DNA of 64,000 bases. It comes from an uncultured delta proteobacterium (GTDB lineage Bacteria; Desulfobacterota; Binatia; UBA9968). The stretch lies in NCBI GenBank assembly GCA_963816145.1, contig CAWFJP010000002.1:282669-346668 (forward strand). Reading direction: 5' to 3'. The number at the start of each line of letters is the position of its first letter. The first letter of the stretch is position 1. This document shows, in pieces, positions 10,103 through 20,263 of this stretch. The position numbers and the translations under genes were made by a program. The notes under the pieces are model-generated. The model worked only from the letters and a program-made list of their open reading frames with translations. It did not search any database and was not told the origin of the DNA.

Positions 10103-10129
10103 CAAAAAGGCGCCGCTATGAGCGGCGCT
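10103..10129 (-). terminator. intrinsic terminator candidate downstream of the DUF1178 gene
   Basis: GGCGCCGC/GCGGCGC(T) stem with TATGA loop. On the minus strand it is followed by CTTTTTG. Confidence 0.5.
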
Positions 10130-10160
10130 TGGGATGAACAATGCTGGGGGAAGCGAAAGG

Positions 10161-10613
10161 TTAGCTGTCGAGCTCGGGCTTGGGCAGCGGCATGCAGGGC
10201 ACGCCTTCTTCGGCGAGTTCTTTGACTTCGCTGAGGGTGGCGGTGCCGTGTATCGGCCGCTCTTCCGCCTCGCCTTTGTGGATCTGCTTGGCTTCTTCGG
10301 CGAAGCGCGGGCCTACGTCTTCGAAATTCTCTTTGACGTAGTGATGCACGCGCAGGAGCATCTCTTTGAATTCCGCTGCGGTCGGCGGCGGCGCGGGAAC
10401 CGGGGTGGTCTTCTGGGCCTTTGCCGGCAGCGCGGGCGGCTGCTCTTTCTTTACATGGACGGCGCAGGCATGGGGCATTTTTTCAACTTTGGTGGTGCCG
10501 CAAGTGGGGCAAGAAATGAGCTTCCTGTCGGCCTGTTTCTGGAAGTCTTCGAAGCTCGGAAACCAGCCTTCGAAGCTGTGATTTTTCTTACAGAGGAGGT
10601 TGTAGATGACCAT
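10161..10613 (-). CDS. DUF1178 family protein
   Basis: N-terminus MVIYNLLCKKNHSFEGWFPSFEDFQKQADRKLISCPTCGTTKVEK matches the DUF1178 zinc-ribbon-like pattern. Confidence 0.7.
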   Translation of the reverse strand: MVIYNLLCKKNHSFEGWFPSFEDFQKQADRKLISCPTCGTTKVEKMPHACAVHVKKEQPPALPAKAQKTTPVPAPPPTAAEFKEMLLRVHHYVKENFEDVGPRFAEEAKQIHKGEAEERPIHGTATLSEVKELAEEGVPCMPLPKPELDS

Positions 10614-10760
10614 AGGAATTGACCGTTGTGATAATCAATAAGGGTGCCAAGGCAGCTTGTCAAGGGTGGCCGGTGCTTGCGAGAAGCGGCAAGGCGCCAA
10701 AAGCGGTTTGGATTCCAATCCTTTGCGCAAAAGTATAAAAAGGGCGGTGAAACCGTTAGG

Positions 10761-11930
10761 ATGAAAGCAATGGCGGATCAAATCAGCTTGCGAGTGGTGC
10801 AGAAGATTGCCGGAGTGGCGCGCGAACGTTGGGATGCGCTGGTCGGCGAGGCGACGCCGTTTCTCAAGTGGGACTGGCTCGAAAGTCTGGAACAATCCGG
10901 TTGCGTCAACGATAAGTCCGGCTGGCTGCCGCATCATATCGTGGTCGAAAAGGGCGGCGAGCTGATTGCCGCCTGCCCGATGTATTTGAAGCTGCATAGC
11001 ATGGGCGAGTTCGTCTTCGACTACGAATGGGCTGAGGCGGCCCAGCATGCGGGCATTCAATACTATCCCAAGATGTTGGTGGGCGTGCCGTTCACACCGG
11101 TGACCGGCCACCGGTTTGTTACCGCACCCGGCGAAGATCGTCCGCAGTTGATTCAGTTCATGGGCCAAGCGTTGGCGAAGATCGCCGCTGACAACAAGAT
11201 CTCTTCAGTGCATGTGAATTTTTGCCTGGCCGACGAACGCGAGGCGTTGGAAGCGGTGGGGTTCTTTCCGCGCCATGGCATACAGTATCATTGGCAGAAT
11301 CGCAACTTTAGTTCATTCGACGATTACCTCGCCAGCTTTCGCAGCGATCGGCGCAACAAGGTCAAACGCGAGCGGCGCGAGGTGGCCGAGCGCGGCATCA
11401 CGATTCGCGCCTATGAGGGTGAGGAACTCACACAAAAACACCTGCGAACAATGTTTAGCCTGTACAAAGGGCATGTCGACCGGCTTTACTACGGCCGGCA
11501 ATATTTGACCCGGGAGTTTTTCGACGAACTACACAAGCGTTTTGCGACGAATTTGTGCTTGATGCTCGCCGAACGCGACGGCAAGATCATCGCCGGCACG
11601 TTCAACGTGCGCGACGACAAGGCGATGTACGGCCGCTATTGGGGCTGTTCCGAGGAGCATCCGTTTCTCCATTTCAACGTCTGTTACTATTCCGCCATCG
11701 AGCATTCGATTCGGACCGGGCTCGAACGCTTCGAAGCCGGCGCCGGCGGCAGTTTCAAACAGCTGCGCGGCCTCGATCCCGAACATACCACCAGTGTGCA
11801 TTACATCGTCGACGGCAAGTTTCGCCGGGCAGTGGAGCGCTTTCTCGCCCAAGAGCGGGAAATGATCCGGCGCAAACGCGAGATGCAGCTGGAGCATAGC
11901 CAGTTAAAGCGGGAGCAGGAAGAGCCGTAA
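10761..11930 (+). CDS. FemAB-like/GNAT-fold N-acetyltransferase family protein (COG3146-like)
   Basis: ORF 10644..11930; likely start ATG 10761 (MKAMADQISLRVVQKI). Resemblance across ~390 aa (WDWLESLEQSGCV, YYGRYWG, HFNVCYY, ERFEAGAGG). Confidence 0.65.
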   Translation: MKAMADQISLRVVQKIAGVARERWDALVGEATPFLKWDWLESLEQSGCVNDKSGWLPHHIVVEKGGELIAACPMYLKLHSMGEFVFDYEWAEAAQHAGIQYYPKMLVGVPFTPVTGHRFVTAPGEDRPQLIQFMGQALAKIAADNKISSVHVNFCLADEREALEAVGFFPRHGIQYHWQNRNFSSFDDYLASFRSDRRNKVKRERREVAERGITIRAYEGEELTQKHLRTMFSLYKGHVDRLYYGRQYLTREFFDELHKRFATNLCLMLAERDGKIIAGTFNVRDDKAMYGRYWGCSEEHPFLHFNVCYYSAIEHSIRTGLERFEAGAGGSFKQLRGLDPEHTTSVHYIVDGKFRRAVERFLAQEREMIRRKREMQLEHSQLKREQEEP

Positions 11931-11960
11931 AGCCGTGATCGCGGTTCCGCGATCACGGCT
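11931..11960. terminator. perfect 13-bp hairpin immediately after stop codon (bidirectional terminator candidate, no U-tract)
   Basis: AGCCGTGATCGCG-GTTC-CGCGATCACGGCT starts 1 nt after TAA 11928..11930. Sits between convergent genes. Confidence 0.5.
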
Positions 11961-11992
11961 GGTTCAAGGTTCAAGGGTTCAAAAGTTCAAGG
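11961..11992. repeat. solo tandem-word arm, family B (GGTTCAAG x4)
   Basis: GGTTCAA GGTTCAA GGGTTCAA AAGTTCAA GG. Same word as both arms of 52383..52513. Confidence 0.6.
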
Positions 11993-12037
11993 TCGGATTC
12001 GGAACGGAAATTCATCGCGGAGATTCTAGCTGCTTCG

Positions 12038-13351
12038 TTAGAGTAGGGTGCCGCTCAGGACCACGGCGGCGACGGTAAAATAGATCACTAGTCCGGTGAC
12101 ATCGACTAGGGTTGCGACAAACGGCGCCGACGCGCTCGCTGGGTCGAAGCCCAGCGATCTCAGGATAAACGGCAGGATCGATCCCACCAGCGAGCCCCAC
12201 ATCACCACGCCAACCAAGCTTAACCCGACCGTCAGAGCGATGAGAAAATAGTGTTCGCCATAGGCGTTAAACAAGAATTGCCAGAGCAGTATTCGAACCA
12301 GACCGATGGCGGCGAGGATGCTGCCGAGTGCCAGCCCGGTGGCGAACTCGCGACGGATGACACGCCACCAGTCGCGCAGGTGCACTTCGCCCAAGGCCAT
12401 GGCGCGGATGACCAGTGTCGTTGCTTGCGAGCCGGAATTGCCGCCGCTGCTGATGATCAACGGCACGAACAGCGCGAGTATGACCGCGCTGGCGATCTCC
12501 GCTTCGAAGTATCCCATCGCCGTCGCGGTCAGCATCTCGCCCAAAAAGAGCGCGGCCAGCCAGCCGGCACGTTTGCGGATCATCTTGGGCAATGAAACCT
12601 GCAGATACGGTCCGTCCAACGACTCGACGCCGCCGATTTTTTGAATGTCTTCGGTGGCTTCTTCCTGGACGACATCGACGATGTCGTCGACGCTGACGAT
12701 GCCCTTGATGCGCCCCGCGCCATCGACGACGGGAATCATCAACAGATGGTGGCGCATAAACAGCTTGCTCAAGGCCTCTTGGTCCATCTCTTCGTTTGCT
12801 GAAATGATCTGCGTGCGCATGACCTCACGAATCGTCTTGTCGGCCAGAGCGACGATCAGATCGCGAAACGTGATGACGCCGAGCAATCGTTCTTCGTGGT
12901 CGACGACGTAGGCATAATAAGTAGTTCGCGCCCGCGTTTGGGCGTCGCGGCGCAGGTAGCTGATCGCCTCGCCGACCGTCATGTCGGGACGCAGACGCGA
13001 GTAGCGGGTGTTCATCAAGCCGCCGGCATCGTCCTCGGCATAATCGAGCAGCCCCTTGACTTCCCGCTGGGTCGCATCGTCGAGCAGCTCGAGCAGCTCG
13101 GTTCGCTCCTCGCCTGGAGCTTCCTGGATGAGATCGGCGGCGTCGTCGGGGGCGAGCAGACGCATCCATAGCCGCCGTTCGCCTGGCGGCAGGCCGAGTA
13201 CCAAATGGGTTCGATCGCGAAGGTTTAATTGAAGGAAGAACGATTCGGCATCGTCCCGCCGCAAATATTCAAAGCCCTCTGCCCGTTCGGGCTGGGAGAG
13301 GACCGGCCAAGCGTCGTAGAGCTCTGTGGGGGTGAATGTTTTTTGTGCCAT
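12038..13351 (-). CDS. mgtE: magnesium transporter MgtE
   Basis: 437 aa with N-domain, CBS pair and C-terminal TM domain carrying PLIISSGGNSGSQ and FDPASASAPFVATLVDVTG motifs. Confidence 0.9.
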   Translation of the reverse strand: MAQKTFTPTELYDAWPVLSQPERAEGFEYLRRDDAESFFLQLNLRDRTHLVLGLPPGERRLWMRLLAPDDAADLIQEAPGEERTELLELLDDATQREVKGLLDYAEDDAGGLMNTRYSRLRPDMTVGEAISYLRRDAQTRARTTYYAYVVDHEERLLGVITFRDLIVALADKTIREVMRTQIISANEEMDQEALSKLFMRHHLLMIPVVDGAGRIKGIVSVDDIVDVVQEEATEDIQKIGGVESLDGPYLQVSLPKMIRKRAGWLAALFLGEMLTATAMGYFEAEIASAVILALFVPLIISSGGNSGSQATTLVIRAMALGEVHLRDWWRVIRREFATGLALGSILAAIGLVRILLWQFLFNAYGEHYFLIALTVGLSLVGVVMWGSLVGSILPFILRSLGFDPASASAPFVATLVDVTGLVIYFTVAAVVLSGTLL

Positions 13352-13429
13352 CGCGCGCCTGTTTGAGCGACTACTTCGCTCATTCCTAACACATCATCTC
13401 GCTCGTGCAATCGATTACGACTGGCCAGT

Positions 13430-14302
13430 GTGTATCGAGCGTGCTATCGAGTCGAAAACATTCCTCACGCCGGCAATTTCTTGACTCCACTGCGGCTTTC
13501 CATTAACGTCGGCGCCAGTGCAGCTGTGAAATCTTCCTGGAAAAATGTCGCCGAGCCGGTGGTTTTCTTCACTGTCCTACTGATATTGTGGGAGATCCTG
13601 GTCGAAGTCATCAAGGTTCCTTCGTTTATTCTACCGCCGCCACGCGACCTATGGACGGCGTTTTTCAAAAAGCTGCCGATACTCGGCCACCATTCGTTGA
13701 TTACTTTCATCGAAGCCTTCGGCGGCTTCGCCTTGTCGCTGATACTCGGCGTCGGCTTCGCCATCTCGGTGGTTTATTCGCGCCATTTGCAAAACACCAT
13801 CTATCCGTTGATCGTCATTCTCTACGCCATGCCCAAGAGCGCCTTTGCGCCGTTGATGGTGATCTGGGTGGGTTACGGGCTGGTCTCGAAAATTTCGATC
13901 GCTTTCCTGGTGGCGTTTTTCCCCATCGTGGTAAATACCGTGGTTGGTTTGAAGGAAGTCGAACCTGAACTTCTGGAGCTGGCGCGCATCAACCGCGGCA
14001 CGGCGTGGGATGTCTTTACGAAGATTCGCCTGCCCAACTCGCTGCCCTATATGTTCGCTGGCATTAAAGTCGCCATCGTGCTCTCGGTCACCGGCGCCAT
14101 CGTCGCCGAGTTCGTTGCCGCCAATGAAGGGTTGGGCTATCTGGTGCTGCAGGCCAACTACAGTTTGGACACCGCGTTTGCCTTGGTGATCTTGCTCATT
14201 CTCGCGGTGTTGTCTTTGGCGCTGTTTTGGCTGGCGGAGTTCTGTCAAAGAAAACTCGCGCCCTGGAGCGCGGCGGTGCGCGAAGTTGAAGGTTCGTTTT
14301 AA
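13430..14302 (+). CDS. ABC transporter permease (NitT/TauT family)
   Basis: Hydrophobic 6-TM-type protein with EAA-like loop LELARINRGTAWDVFTKIRLPNSLP. True start may be the in-frame GTG 13526 (VKSSWKNVAEP). Confidence 0.8.
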   Translation: MYRACYRVENIPHAGNFLTPLRLSINVGASAAVKSSWKNVAEPVVFFTVLLILWEILVEVIKVPSFILPPPRDLWTAFFKKLPILGHHSLITFIEAFGGFALSLILGVGFAISVVYSRHLQNTIYPLIVILYAMPKSAFAPLMVIWVGYGLVSKISIAFLVAFFPIVVNTVVGLKEVEPELLELARINRGTAWDVFTKIRLPNSLPYMFAGIKVAIVLSVTGAIVAEFVAANEGLGYLVLQANYSLDTAFALVILLILAVLSLALFWLAEFCQRKLAPWSAAVREVEGSF

Positions 14303-14323
14303 TTTCCGGTCTGCGGAGGAAAC

Positions 14324-15325
14324 ATGAAGTATTGGTTTACGACATCGATAGCGGTTGGCTTGGCACTCGCGATCACCGGTTCCGGAGTTTCGCTCCAAGC
14401 CGCTGAATTGACGCCGGCGAACATCCGCATGGATTTTATCATCGGTGGCAAGCATGCGCCCTGGTACGTCGCCTTGGAAAAAGGTTTCTATGCCAAGCGC
14501 GGCTTGGCAGCGACGATTCAGGCGAGCACGGGTTCGGCGGATACCGTGCGCATTGTCGGTTCCGGCGGCGCCGACTTCGGCTTTGCCGATGCCGCGACCA
14601 TGATCGTTGCCAGGTCCCGCGGCACACCGGTGCAAGCCGCGGCGCAGTTCGGTTATGTCGGCGCGACGATCTTGTGGCGCGATGAGGGCGTGATCAAAAG
14701 CATCAAGGACCTCCCCGGCAAGTCGTGGGCCATCAGCCCCGGCCAGGCGCAGTGGTATCTGATGCCGGCCTACGCGCGCATCAATAAGATCGATTTCAAA
14801 GCAATCAAGATTCAGGAAACCGCGGCGCCTATCCAACCGGCGGCGTTGGCGACTAAGAAGGCCGACTTCATCATCATGTACCGCGCATCCAACGATGAGG
14901 TTGCCGAGCAGGCGGCGGCGAAGGTCGGCGTCAAGCTCACCCGCGTGTTTATGAAAGACACCGGCCTGGATATTTACGGCACCAGCCTGATCGTCAAGGA
15001 CGAAGACGTCAAGAAACGGCCGGAATTCGTGCGCGCTTACGTTGAAGGGACGTTGGAAGGACTGCGCTACGCGCGCGACAACCAGGAAGAGGCGCTGAAA
15101 ATCCTGCTTAAGCACAAACCCGAGCTCGACTCGGCGCTGACCACGCAGCAGCTCAAGAACGCGCTCACCGAAGTGTTCCTGCCGCTGGAATCGGTCAACG
15201 TCGGCATGGGCTACATGAAGCCGGAGATCATGGAGAAGACCGTCAGGACGGTGAATGACTACTTCGATGTCGGCCGCAAGGTCGCGGCCAAGGAAGTTTA
15301 TACCAATCAATTTGTCAAGCGTTGA
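14324..15325 (+). CDS. NMT1/THI5-like ABC transporter substrate-binding protein
   Basis: 333 aa with signal peptide MKYWFTTSIAVGLALAITGSGVSLQA. Located between the permease and ATPase genes. Confidence 0.75.
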   Translation: MKYWFTTSIAVGLALAITGSGVSLQAAELTPANIRMDFIIGGKHAPWYVALEKGFYAKRGLAATIQASTGSADTVRIVGSGGADFGFADAATMIVARSRGTPVQAAAQFGYVGATILWRDEGVIKSIKDLPGKSWAISPGQAQWYLMPAYARINKIDFKAIKIQETAAPIQPAALATKKADFIIMYRASNDEVAEQAAAKVGVKLTRVFMKDTGLDIYGTSLIVKDEDVKKRPEFVRAYVEGTLEGLRYARDNQEEALKILLKHKPELDSALTTQQLKNALTEVFLPLESVNVGMGYMKPEIMEKTVRTVNDYFDVGRKVAAKEVYTNQFVKR

Positions 15326-15349
15326 CCTGCTCTGGTTGAAAGTAATGAC

Positions 15350-16147
15350 GTGCCGCCGCTGATCGCCGTTTATCAAGTCTCGCGAGTGTTCTCGACCGCT
15401 AGCCGCACGGTTACGGCGCTGGATAATGTCTCCTTCGACATTCAACCGGGCAACTTCGTGTCGATCGTCGGCCCGAGCGGCTGCGGCAAAAGCACGTTGT
15501 TGAAGATCATCTCCGGCTTGATGCCGACGTCCGCGGGCGCTGTCACCGTGGCTGGGCGCCAGGTCGACAGCCCGCTGGAAAATGTCGGCATGGTCTTTCA
15601 ATCGCCGGTGCTGCTCAAATGGCGCTCGGTGCTGGGCAACATTTTGTTGCCGGTGGAATTCGCCAAATTCGACCGTGCAAATTTCGCCGACAAGGCACGC
15701 GCGTTGATCAAGCTCGTCGGTCTGGAAGGCTTCGAGGAAATGTATCCGCACGAGCTATCCGGCGGCATGCAGCAGCGCGCCTCGCTGTGCCGCGCGCTGG
15801 TGACCGACCCGCAGCTCCTGTTGATGGACGAACCCTTCGGCGCGCTCGATGCCATGACCCGCGACGAGCTGGACATGGAACTGTTGCGCATCTGGGAAGA
15901 GCGCAAAAAGACGGTCCTGTTCGTGACTCATAGCATTCAGGAAGCGGTGTTTCTCTCTGACTTGGTTTACGTCATGTCGGCGCGGCCGGGCCGCTTATTG
16001 GAGACCATCGCCATCGATTTGCCGCGGCCGCGCACCATGGAAATGATGAGTGCCGTGAAATTCGGCGAATACACCCTAAGAATTCGCGCCCTGCTCACCT
16101 CGGCCAGTGGTGCCAATGCCACCACGGCAATCGGTTCAACCATGTGA
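15350..16147 (+). CDS. ABC transporter ATP-binding protein (NitT/TauT family)
   Basis: Walker A GPSGCGKST, signature LSGGMQQR, Walker B LLLMDEPFGALD. Confidence 0.88.
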   Translation: MPPLIAVYQVSRVFSTASRTVTALDNVSFDIQPGNFVSIVGPSGCGKSTLLKIISGLMPTSAGAVTVAGRQVDSPLENVGMVFQSPVLLKWRSVLGNILLPVEFAKFDRANFADKARALIKLVGLEGFEEMYPHELSGGMQQRASLCRALVTDPQLLLMDEPFGALDAMTRDELDMELLRIWEERKKTVLFVTHSIQEAVFLSDLVYVMSARPGRLLETIAIDLPRPRTMEMMSAVKFGEYTLRIRALLTSASGANATTAIGSTM

Positions 16148-16232
16148 AATTCTGTTTCCAGTGCGCTATGATTGGGCAAATGGAGCAGGGTAGTGCGCCT
16201 GTTCAAGGCTCCGAACATAAGTCGTTATTCGA

Positions 16233-17276
16233 ATGGCACCTCCAAAAGGACTCACCTACGCTCAGGCTGGCGTTAGCATCGAAGCCGGCGATGAATTGGT
16301 GCGGCGCATCGGCCCCATCGCGAAGCGAACCAAGGTGCCCGGCGTGCTCGCCGGCGTCGGCGGTTTCAGCGCGCTGTTCGACCTCAAATCGCGCGGCTAC
16401 CGCAACCCTGTTTTGGTTTCCTCCACCGACGGCGTCGGTACCAAGCTCAAGATCGCCTTTCAAACCGGCATTCATGACACCATCGGCATCGATTTAGTTG
16501 CCATGGGCGTCAACGATATTTTGACCCAGGGCGCGGCGCCGCTATTTTTCTTGGACTACTTTGTCTGCGGCAAGCTCGACGTAGAAATCACCGAAGCAGT
16601 GATGCGCGGTATCGCCGCCGGCTGCCGCCAGGCTGGCTGTGCGCTGATCGGTGGCGAGACTGCCGAGCATCCCGGCGATTTTTCGAAAGGCGAGTACGAT
16701 CTCGCCGGCTTCATCGTCGGGGTTTTGGAGAAAAAGCGGATTATCGATTCGGCGGCGATCGTTCCGGGCGATGTTTTGATCGGCATTCCGTCCAGCGGAT
16801 TGCACAGTAACGGCTATTCCTTGGCGCGCAAGGTTTTGCTCGAACGGGGCGGATTGAAACTTCACCGTCGTATGGCCGAGCTCAGTCGTAAACTCGGTGA
16901 GGAACTGCTCGAACCGACGCGGATTTACGCCAAAATCACCAAGAAGTTGTTCGGCGAGTTTCGCATCAAAGGCGTGGCGCATATCACCGGCGGCGGTATC
17001 ACGGGGAATCTGCCGAGAGTGTTGCCGCAAGGGCGGCACGCGATAATCCAACGGGCGAGCTGGCCGGTGCCGCCGGTTTTCAATTTAATTCAAAAAATTG
17101 GTGCGGTTAGCCAGGCTGAGATGGACGCGACGTTCAATATGGGCCTCGGCATGATTCTCGTCGTGGCGAAAAAGGACGCCGACCGGGTTGTCGGCGTGCT
17201 GCAACGCATGCGCGAGCGCTGCTTTGTTATCGGCGAGGTTCGCCAAGGATCGAAGGGCGCGACGATTCGTTCGTAA
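16233..17276 (+). CDS. purM: phosphoribosylformylglycinamidine cyclo-ligase (AIR synthetase)
   Basis: LTYAQAGVSIEAGDELV, GGFSALFDL, VSSTDGVGTKL, GGETAE and HITGGG motifs; 347 aa. Confidence 0.92.
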   Translation: MAPPKGLTYAQAGVSIEAGDELVRRIGPIAKRTKVPGVLAGVGGFSALFDLKSRGYRNPVLVSSTDGVGTKLKIAFQTGIHDTIGIDLVAMGVNDILTQGAAPLFFLDYFVCGKLDVEITEAVMRGIAAGCRQAGCALIGGETAEHPGDFSKGEYDLAGFIVGVLEKKRIIDSAAIVPGDVLIGIPSSGLHSNGYSLARKVLLERGGLKLHRRMAELSRKLGEELLEPTRIYAKITKKLFGEFRIKGVAHITGGGITGNLPRVLPQGRHAIIQRASWPVPPVFNLIQKIGAVSQAEMDATFNMGLGMILVVAKKDADRVVGVLQRMRERCFVIGEVRQGSKGATIRS

Positions 17277-17280
17277 AGTT

Positions 17281-17943
17281 ATGGCAAGGCAAGTTCCCAT
17301 CGGTGTGTTGGTTTCGGGTGGCGGCACCAATCTCCAGGCGATCATCGACGCCATCGAGACTGGGACGCTCGACGCTCAGATACAATTCGTCTTGAGTAAC
17401 AAAGCCGACGCTTTCGGACTAGCGCGCGCGCAAAAGCACGGCATTCCCACCGAAGTCTTGGACCACAAGGCTTATTCGAGCCGCGAGGCCTATGACCAAG
17501 CAGTGGTCGACCTGTTGCGCCGGCGCGGCGTCGAATTGGTGATCCTCGCCGGCTTCATGCGGCTGCTTTCTTCCGTGTTCATCAAGGCCTACTCCAACCG
17601 CATTATGAACATTCACCCGGCTTTGCTGCCGTCATTTCCCGGCCTTCACGTGCAAAAAAAGGCCGTGGATCACGGCGTGCGCTTTTCCGGCTGCACGGTC
17701 CATTTCGTCAACGAGGAGTGCGACGAGGGGCCGATCGTCATCCAAGCAGTAGTGCCGGTGTTTCCCGACGATAACGACGAAACCTTAGCCGCACGGATTC
17801 TCAAACAGGAACATCAGATCTATCCCCGAGCTATTCAGCTCTACGCCGAAGGCCGCCTCCATGTGAGTGGTCGGCGGGTGCTGGTAGACGGACTGACCAA
17901 GGATGAGGGCGCAGTACTCATCCAACCGCCGTTGGAACGATGA
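17281..17943 (+). CDS. purN: phosphoribosylglycinamide formyltransferase
   Basis: ATG 17281 gives MARQVPIGVLVSGGGTNLQAIIDA. Also NIHPALLPSFPG and GCTVHFV motifs. Directly follows purM. Confidence 0.9.
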   Translation: MARQVPIGVLVSGGGTNLQAIIDAIETGTLDAQIQFVLSNKADAFGLARAQKHGIPTEVLDHKAYSSREAYDQAVVDLLRRRGVELVILAGFMRLLSSVFIKAYSNRIMNIHPALLPSFPGLHVQKKAVDHGVRFSGCTVHFVNEECDEGPIVIQAVVPVFPDDNDETLAARILKQEHQIYPRAIQLYAEGRLHVSGRRVLVDGLTKDEGAVLIQPPLER

Positions 17944-18914
17944 AAAAAGCCAAACCGGTACTTATCTTGTTAGCGAAGTTGCTGGTTAGCGGCGGGCTCT
18001 TGGCTTATTTCATCTCGCGGGTTCATCCAGAGAGATTTCTCGATACTTTCGCGACGGCGAAATATTCCTGGATCGCGCTGGCGCTGGTCACCTATTTATT
18101 TGCCCAAGCGATTAGCGCGGTACGTTGGGCTGCGCTTGCACGGCCGTTGGGGATTGAGACGCCGTTCAAAGATCTTCTCAAATACTACTTGATCGGCATG
18201 TTCTTCAATCTCTTCGCGCCTGGCACGGTCGGCGGCGATGTCAGCCGGGTGTTTTACCTCGTGCGCGATGACGAGGCCCACGCCGAAGGACGCGCAGTGA
18301 CGACGACGCACGCGGCGATGTCGGTGCTGATGGATCGCGCCATCGGAATGATTGTGTTGGTGTGGTTAGGTGCAGCGGGGTTGCTGTTGTTTCCCATATA
18401 CGCGGTGCCGGGGACGGTGCGTTCGATCACGTTGCTGCTCGCGGCAGGTTTTGTCGCCGCGGTTCTGCTAATTCCGTTGCTCAGACGCTTACTACCCGAG
18501 GATGGTCATCCGATGGTCGTCAAAATCCGCTTAGCCTTGCGCAGTTATCGAACCCAGTGGCGCGCATTGGTGGTCGCGGCTTTACTCTCCTTGATCGTTC
18601 ATTTAATCCAAGCCTGGATGCATCTGGTGATGGGGCGGGCGCTCAGCTTAGAGATACCGTATTCGTATTGTATCATTGTCTATCCACTCGTGGGCACCTT
18701 TGCGGCGATCCCAGTGAGTCTAAATGGCTTGGGGTTGCGCGAAGGCGGTTACATTTATTTGCTCGCCGTGATCGGCATTAGCAGTGAAAAGGGCATTGCC
18801 TTCGGTCTGTTGCTGTTCTTGATCGTTGCGATCGACAGTTTGCTCGGCGGTGTCTTGTTCTTGCTGCAAAAGTCGCCAACGGTGGCGCGTTCGATGACCG
18901 AAAAGGCGGTCTAA
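17940..18914 (+). CDS. flippase-like (lysylphosphatidylglycerol synthase TM region / UPF0104) membrane protein
   Basis: 324 aa polytopic protein. Has the FFNLFAPGTVGGDVSRVFYL motif typical of the family. ATGA overlap with the purN stop. Confidence 0.65.
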   Translation: MKKAKPVLILLAKLLVSGGLLAYFISRVHPERFLDTFATAKYSWIALALVTYLFAQAISAVRWAALARPLGIETPFKDLLKYYLIGMFFNLFAPGTVGGDVSRVFYLVRDDEAHAEGRAVTTTHAAMSVLMDRAIGMIVLVWLGAAGLLLFPIYAVPGTVRSITLLLAAGFVAAVLLIPLLRRLLPEDGHPMVVKIRLALRSYRTQWRALVVAALLSLIVHLIQAWMHLVMGRALSLEIPYSYCIIVYPLVGTFAAIPVSLNGLGLREGGYIYLLAVIGISSEKGIAFGLLLFLIVAIDSLLGGVLFLLQKSPTVARSMTEKAV

Positions 18915-20263
18915 TTCAAATAGCCACGGAATAACGTCGCCAGGCCGAGGAACGAAAGAAACCCAAACGCATCGGTAAGTCCGGTAACGATGATGCCGGA
19001 ACCTAGTGCCGGGTCGAGTTTCATGCCTTTTAGCAATAACGGAATCACCGCGCCGGCAAACCCGGCCATCAGGCCAAGGTTCAATAACATCGCGCCGGCG
19101 AGAACCAGTCCAAGATAAGGATTGCCCTTCCAAAAACCAGCCGCCAGCGCGATCATAGCGCCGGCAGCGACGGCGATGCAGATATTGACTGAGATCTGTT
19201 TGACGATCGCTTTCCAGGCCGAGGAAAACTCCAGCTCGCCCAAGGCGATGGCGCGAATGATGACTGTCGCGGTCTGAGTGGCGCCGTTGCCGCCGACGCC
19301 GGCGACCACCGGCATGAAGGTCACCAGCCCGATGATGTCATGGAGCGTGCCTTCGAACAGGCCGACAATGGACGCCGCCAGGGTTGCCGTCAGCAGATTG
19401 AGGATGGTCCAGGGCAGGCGCATTCTCACCGAGCGCGAGACCGGGGTGAAGACGCGGTCCTCCTCGGCCAAGCCGACCATCTTGTACATGTCCTCGGTGC
19501 TTTCTTCTTTGATGATATCGATGACATCGTCGACAGTAATGATGCCCTCCAAGCGGCCGCCCTCGTCGACGATGGGCAGCGCTAAAAGCTCGTACTTGGC
19601 GACGATGCGCGCGGCATCTTCTTGATCCATGAAGACATCGGCTTTGATCGGATCGGCGATCATCATGTCGCGCAATTTGCGCGCCGGCGGCGCGATGACC
19701 AGGTTGCGGATCGGCACCACGCCCACCAGCTTGCTGTCGTTGTCGACCACATAGAGATAAAAAAAACTCTCCAATTCGCCGCGCTCGCGAATCTTGTCGA
19801 TGGCCCCTTGGGCGGTGGCGTCCGGTGGCAGGGCCATAAAGTCGGTGGTCATTAGGCGTCCCACTGTGCCGTCGGGGTAGTTGATGATCTCGCGCACTGC
19901 GGCCCGGCGCTCGGGATCAAGCAGTGCGAGCACGCGCTCCCGGCGCGCTTCCGGCAGGCTGTCGATGAAGGTGACCGCGTCGTCGGGGTCGGCGCGGACG
20001 ATCAGGCGGCCAACCTTTTCATCGTCGATCAAGGCGAGAATGTCGGGTAACAATTCGGGCGGCAGCTCTTTGAGCGTCTTGGCGGCGCGGCGCGACGAGA
20101 AAAGTACGTCGAAGAGTTGGCGCACTTCGGCTGGATCGAGCCCTTTGAACAGCAACGCAATGTCGGCAGGATGGCTTTTGCCGATGAAACGCAGGACGCG
20201 ATCCGGAGTCGCGGTGCGCAGCATTTCACGCACGGTATCGTAATCGATGGGAGCGGGTTTCAT
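18911..20263 (-). CDS. mgtE: magnesium transporter MgtE (second paralog)
   Basis: 450 aa with N-domain, CBS pair and TM domain carrying FMPVVAGVGGNGATQ and LDPALGSGIIVTGLTDAFG. Confidence 0.9.
   Translation of the reverse strand: MKPAPIDYDTVREMLRTATPDRVLRFIGKSHPADIALLFKGLDPAEVRQLFDVLFSSRRAAKTLKELPPELLPDILALIDDEKVGRLIVRADPDDAVTFIDSLPEARRERVLALLDPERRAAVREIINYPDGTVGRLMTTDFMALPPDATAQGAIDKIRERGELESFFYLYVVDNDSKLVGVVPIRNLVIAPPARKLRDMMIADPIKADVFMDQEDAARIVAKYELLALPIVDEGGRLEGIITVDDVIDIIKEESTEDMYKMVGLAEEDRVFTPVSRSVRMRLPWTILNLLTATLAASIVGLFEGTLHDIIGLVTFMPVVAGVGGNGATQTATVIIRAIALGELEFSSAWKAIVKQISVNICIAVAAGAMIALAAGFWKGNPYLGLVLAGAMLLNLGLMAGFAGAVIPLLLKGMKLDPALGSGIIVTGLTDAFGFLSFLGLATLFRGYLN

Noticed and set aside
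13649-15751. 700-codon ORF on the minus strand spanning three plus-strand ABC transporter genes
   Set aside because: It is antisense to three well-supported genes (permease, SBP, ATPase with Walker motifs). Its Arg/Gly/Asp/His-rich composition is typical of stop-free antisense frames in GC-rich DNA, and it has no recognisable motif.
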